From: Penicillus capitatus
Taxonomy: Eukaryota > Plantae > Chlorophyta
Reading direction: 5' to 3'
Length of the DNA stretch: 64,000 nucleotides
Assembly (NCBI GenBank): GCA_965649825.1
Contig: OZ287694.1
Span: 681,197-745,196, forward strand
Part shown: positions 62,401 through 64,000 of the stretch, in pieces
Position numbering within the stretch: position 1 is the stretch's first letter
Layout of the letters: every line of letters begins with the position of its first letter
Notes under the pieces: generated by a model
Databases searched by the model: none
What the model saw: the letters and a program-made list of their open reading frames with translations, nothing else
What the model was told of the DNA's origin: nothing
Position numbers and translations under genes: made by a program

Positions 62401-64000
62401 TTTCCCAGACCCACTCGGTCCGAAGATTCCGGTCACCGAACCTGAAGGAATCTGTACGTCCAAATTCTGCAGGCATGATGGTTCCGAATCTAGATTCCAA
62501 GCAAACTCTCCTTTCAAATGCACAGCCAAGTCCCCTGCAGAACAGTTACAATATTGGCGGGGTCACGGCAGCTCCAGTTCACCTGATGGCGAGTTATCTT
62601 CCTTTTCGTTTTCACAGTACTCTTCGGCGTTCAGGAAATCTTCGAGGGGTGTAATAATCTTCTTCATCTAGAAAAGAAGTCCATGGGAGTTTGTCTGTGC
62701 AGAAGAATGCGTGCCTTTCTTAAACGGGTCGTTATTTCATATAGCGTCTTTCCGACGGGAAAGAGTTCTTCCATCACGGTGTCATATGTGAACCACTGCG
62801 AGATGTCGATGCTCTTTCTCTGTAGAGATGAGAGAAGAAACAGTGAGGCGACCATGATCCAATATAAACCATCCTCGAGTAAGGATTTTCCAACGAATAT
62901 ACAAGTATTCCTGGATGACAGACACCACGGCATAGCGATGTGACAAAGAAATACGTTTCAGTCGTACATGAGGAGAGCGATCCACGTTTTGTTTTTGACA
63001 GCAGGTGTCTGTCGCTCCATTGGCTGCTCCCATCCATGACACTTGACAGAGTATATTCCTGAAATAGATGGATGCCCACATCGGCAACATGATACAGATA
63101 CAGACCTGAGATAAGATCCTTTTCCCATTGAGCACGCTTATCCAGTGCTATTTTTCGATCGTCTGGTTTGTTGTCTTGTTTATCATCGTCTTCTTCGGTT
63201 TCTGTGTCCGGAATAGGAATGGCTATGAGACAGATAATGGCAATTGCGACGATGCCCAAGAACACTCCGAGGGCGACTCTTCCCAACTCTTGATAAATGA
63301 TCCAGGACCCGATACCCACATCCACGGGGACGGCAATAATGAATGGCAGGAATTGAATGAATGACTTCAATCGGAGGCTCTCTATCAGAATAAGATTCCT
63401 GATGTGTTCGTCAGAAAACTTGAGACGCTCGGTTGAGGCAAGTAGAAGTGCTTTCCTATGAATCTCCGCCTTCAACATTGATGTGACTTGGCACCCAACT
63501 CGTTCTGTCACTTGTTCGGAATGGCGTTTGGCAAGCTTCATTATGAAGGTGAAAAGGAATAAAAGTACGGCAAGGCTTATGGGTTTTTCGAGCCAATGTA
63601 TAATACCCTCTGACGTGAGCCAATGTATAATACCCTCTGACGAATCCTCATCCGCCTCGTTTTGCTCCATATCGTCCATATCCACATAGTTCACCATGTC
63701 ACTGTAAGTTTCCGGAGGCAAAAAAGATTCTGGTTCATGATCGTCATCATCGTCGTCATCGTCGTCATCGTCATGATCGTCATAATCGTCATAATCGTCA
63801 TAATCGTCATCATTTCCTATTGCATCATAGATGTACACCACAATCCATAGCTGCGCAAGTTTCATCCCAGCTTCGATTAACCGAAGTACGACAGCCTTGG
63901 AGAAGTCTTGAACGGAAAGTAAACAAGAGAAGAACTTACCCAGAGGATTTGCCAACGCACTATCCTGAACAAGATCATCAGCAGGCCTCTCTTGGCCGGA
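59401..64000 (-). CDS. ABCC/MRP-type full transporter (TMD1-NBD1-TMD2-NBD2) with degenerate ATPase motifs; 5' end may lie beyond the window
   Basis: TMD1 (ISGIYSVKCHGWEQ, LEDFLNAEE); NBD1 GPSGSGKT, QSPFILDATIRENILFG; TMD2 (FYRETP, TLDGLSTVRAF, WMGLRMD); NBD2 IEFRNVTLRY, VRVNLDP, FCLARVLL, VVDE. Frames join through GT-AG and two GC-AG introns; stop TGA at 59401. Confidence 0.88.
63740..63812 (-). repeat. GAT/GAC trinucleotide-based repeat encoding a poly-Asp tract in the ABCC
   Basis: Reads DDDYDDYDDYDDHDDDDDDDDDDH in ORF 62774-63955. Confidence 0.9.

Overview
Eukaryotic, intron-rich, gene-dense DNA read in the standard genetic code, with many short (about 43-60 nt) spliceosomal introns. It is most likely from a green alga (inference from a plant-type VOC/glyoxalase, an RSLLQ propeptide motif and a CDPK-like kinase; lineage not determinable here). 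All alignments and splice models were made by eye. About 42-64 kb is a packed block of conserved genes: ECM29, a dynein light chain, condensin CAP-D2, a non-RD CDPK-like kinase, mitochondrial aspartate aminotransferase, mitochondrial bL35, TAF8 and an ABCC transporter running off the right edge. About 1-42 kb is a dynamic region of duplications and relics around a small conserved island (Reeler-DOMON-cytochrome b561, TMEM65, glyoxalase-like; 8.5-12.4 kb). This region holds two MLKL-like 4-helix-bundle/U-box genes (one frameshifted), an inverted pair of orphan 4-TM genes, a 1-kb dispersed relic repeat, a Gypsy integrase remnant and minisatellites. It also holds two head-to-head beta-helix (PMP-repeat) multi-TM receptor-like genes. 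The best candidate for a novel system is that receptor pair. The genes share a near-identical 1.48-kb inverted repeat, interrupted by an equal-length hypervariable loop, which flanks a 6.6-kb spacer carrying both promoters and signal-peptide exons; this suggests gene conversion and possibly an invertible switch. Second is an intact ABCC gene whose canonical ATP-hydrolysis site appears degenerate and which has a poly-Asp loop. No rRNA, tRNA or CRISPR array was recognised.
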